A stretch of 64,000 nucleotides of DNA from an uncultured Gammaproteobacteria bacterium (GTDB taxonomy: Bacteria > Pseudomonadota > Gammaproteobacteria > GCF-002020875), in assembly GCA_963981015.1 (NCBI GenBank), contig CAXCCG010000001.1, forward strand, positions 12,560 to 76,559, written 5' to 3'. Position 1 is the first letter of the stretch. The number at the start of each line of letters is the position of its first letter. Of the stretch, positions 62,738 through 64,000 are shown piece after piece. The position numbers were made by a program, and so were the translations under genes. The notes beneath the pieces are model-generated. The model ran no database searches. It had not been told where the DNA came from and saw nothing but the letters and a program-made list of their open reading frames with translations.

Positions 62738-64000
62738 TTAAAACTCTTCCCACTCTGAATCACTTGATGACTTTGCCGATACCAGGCTTGGTTTTGCCTC
62801 AGCTGCTGGTTTTCGAATTGTCGCTGGTGCTGCTGTAGTACTGCTCGCAACCGGTACCGATTCAGGGCTATCATTGAAAGCTGCTGACTCGATTTTATTG
62901 AGCAGATCAACCACCTGTTTAGAGAGTGGCTCAATCTCATTGAAACGCTGCTCTGCCTCCTGTTCGTTGCCTGATTTTTTCAGAGTCACAATCTCACTAA
63001 TGGTTGTATGCATCTTCTCATGCACTTGATCCATCTCTTTCATTTCGGAAAGATAGGCAAATTTCTCACGTCCTTCCCAGTCAAGCCACTGCCCTAACAT
63101 GCACTCGTGGTGTGAGACTGCTGACTTCTGGTCCATCTCAATTACACCATCCAGGAACCCTCTGATTTTCCCTCTCCAGGCCAGATGTGCAGAACGAGCC
63201 TTCATAAAGGTATCCGCGTACTCACCCTGAGCTGTGCCTATTTTGGCCATAGAGGAGAGTGCTGATGGGCTCAATTTAAAGATTGAAACCACTTTACTCA
63301 ACTCATCTGCCTGATGACTTAATTGAGAGCTGGAGGCAGCACTCTCTTCAACCAGTGCCGCATTCTCTTGTGTTGCACTATCCAGTTGCGTTACAGCCAG
63401 ATTTACCTGATCAATCCCTTGTGTCTGCTCTTTGGTGGAGGCTGCAATTTCACCTGAGATATCATTCATCTTCTTCACAGACTCTTCAATTGCTTCAAGC
63501 GCCTCGCCACTTCGACCCACCAATTCAGCACCTTGCTCAATTCTGCTGGTCGTATCCTCAATCAACCCTTTAATATCCTTTGCTGCATCCGCAGAGCGTT
63601 GAGCCAAGGTTCTTACTTCTCCGGCAACCACCGCAAACCCCCGCCCATGTTCACCCGCACGAGCCGCCTCAACAGCGGCATTCAATGCCAAAAGGTTGGT
63701 CTGGAATGCGATACCATCAATCAAGCTGATAATCTCAGCAATTTTGTTGCTGGATTCATTGATACCTTCCATTGCCTTCACGGTATCTGCAACCACAATC
63801 CCCCCCTCTTTTGCCCGTCGTACTGATTCTGCAGCCAGCTGATTTGCCTGTGCTGCATTATCAGCATTCATGTTTACGGTGCTCGCCATCTGTTCCATGC
63901 TGGCAGCAGTCTCTTCCAGGCTGGCTGCCTGCTCAGAGGTCCGGCTGGAGAGGTCCATGCTGCCTTTTGAAATCTCATCAGAACCACTGCGTACCAGTTC
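62738..64000 (-). CDS. methyl-accepting chemotaxis protein with C-terminal CZB zinc-binding domain; 5' end beyond the window
   Basis: MCP signalling domain ([21 protein letters not shown]...) then [14 protein letters not shown]...[15 protein letters not shown] motif and a Ser/Ala/Pro-rich tail. The reading frame stays open to the window edge. Confidence 0.88.
   Translation of the reverse strand, partial: ELVRSGSDEISKGSMDLSSRTSEQAASLEETAASMEQMASTVNMNADNAAQANQLAAESVRRAKEGGIVVADTVKAMEGINESSNKIAEIISLIDGIAFQTNLLALNAAVEAARAGEHGRGFAVVAGEVRTLAQRSADAAKDIKGLIEDTTSRIEQGAELVGRSGEALEAIEESVKKMNDISGEIAASTKEQTQGIDQVNLAVTQLDSATQENAALVEESAASSSQLSHQADELSKVVSIFKLSPSALSSMAKIGTAQGEYADTFMKARSAHLAWRGKIRGFLDGVIEMDQKSAVSHHECMLGQWLDWEGREKFAYLSEMKEMDQVHEKMHTTISEIVTLKKSGNEQEAEQRFNEIEPLSKQVVDLLNKIESAAFNDSPESVPVASSTTAAPATIRKPAAEAKPSLVSAKSSSDSEWEEF

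Noticed and set aside
1-64000. Searched for CRISPR arrays, rRNA genes, integrase/transposase/phage genes
   Set aside because: No regularly spaced direct repeats, no rRNA-like segments, and no recombinase-like ORFs were seen; the MITEs are non-autonomous.

Overview
This window looks like a gammaproteobacterial chromosome segment, with hints of a sulfur oxidizer (a DsrA-like siroheme sulfite reductase, a cbb3 oxidase cluster and a chemoreceptor), and is densely coding, mostly on the minus strand. Conserved housekeeping blocks are nuoE(partial)-D-C-B-A, leuU(tRNA-Leu GAG)-secG-tpiA-glmM-folP-ftsH-(DUF938 MTase)-rlmE, yhbY, greA, carB-carA, recJ, thrC-hom-aminotransferase, ccoNOQP/ccoGHIS, sbcB, and a block holding ybbN, a hybrid sensor kinase, a ubiH-like gene, a radical SAM gene and an MCP. 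The main accessory feature is an ~11 kb defense island (15.7-26.9 kb) between carA and recJ. It reads as a single minus-strand operon: a SWIM zinc-finger SNF2 helicase 8 nt upstream of a Wadjet/MksBEFG-type jetA-jetB-jetC, then an unassigned 179-aa ORF, a toprim JetD, and a HEPN/MNT pair. A non-autonomous MITE family is present in four copies (9.6, 30.7, 39.9 and 40.6 kb) with 19-bp terminal inverted repeats; the three canonical copies have TA flanks, and the 40.6 kb copy is a degenerate variant. A DsrA-like gene stands alone without dsrB. It sits behind a strong sigma70 promoter and a 60-aa small ORF, and is followed by a terminator and a MITE. No CRISPR array, rRNA, integrase or transposase gene was seen.
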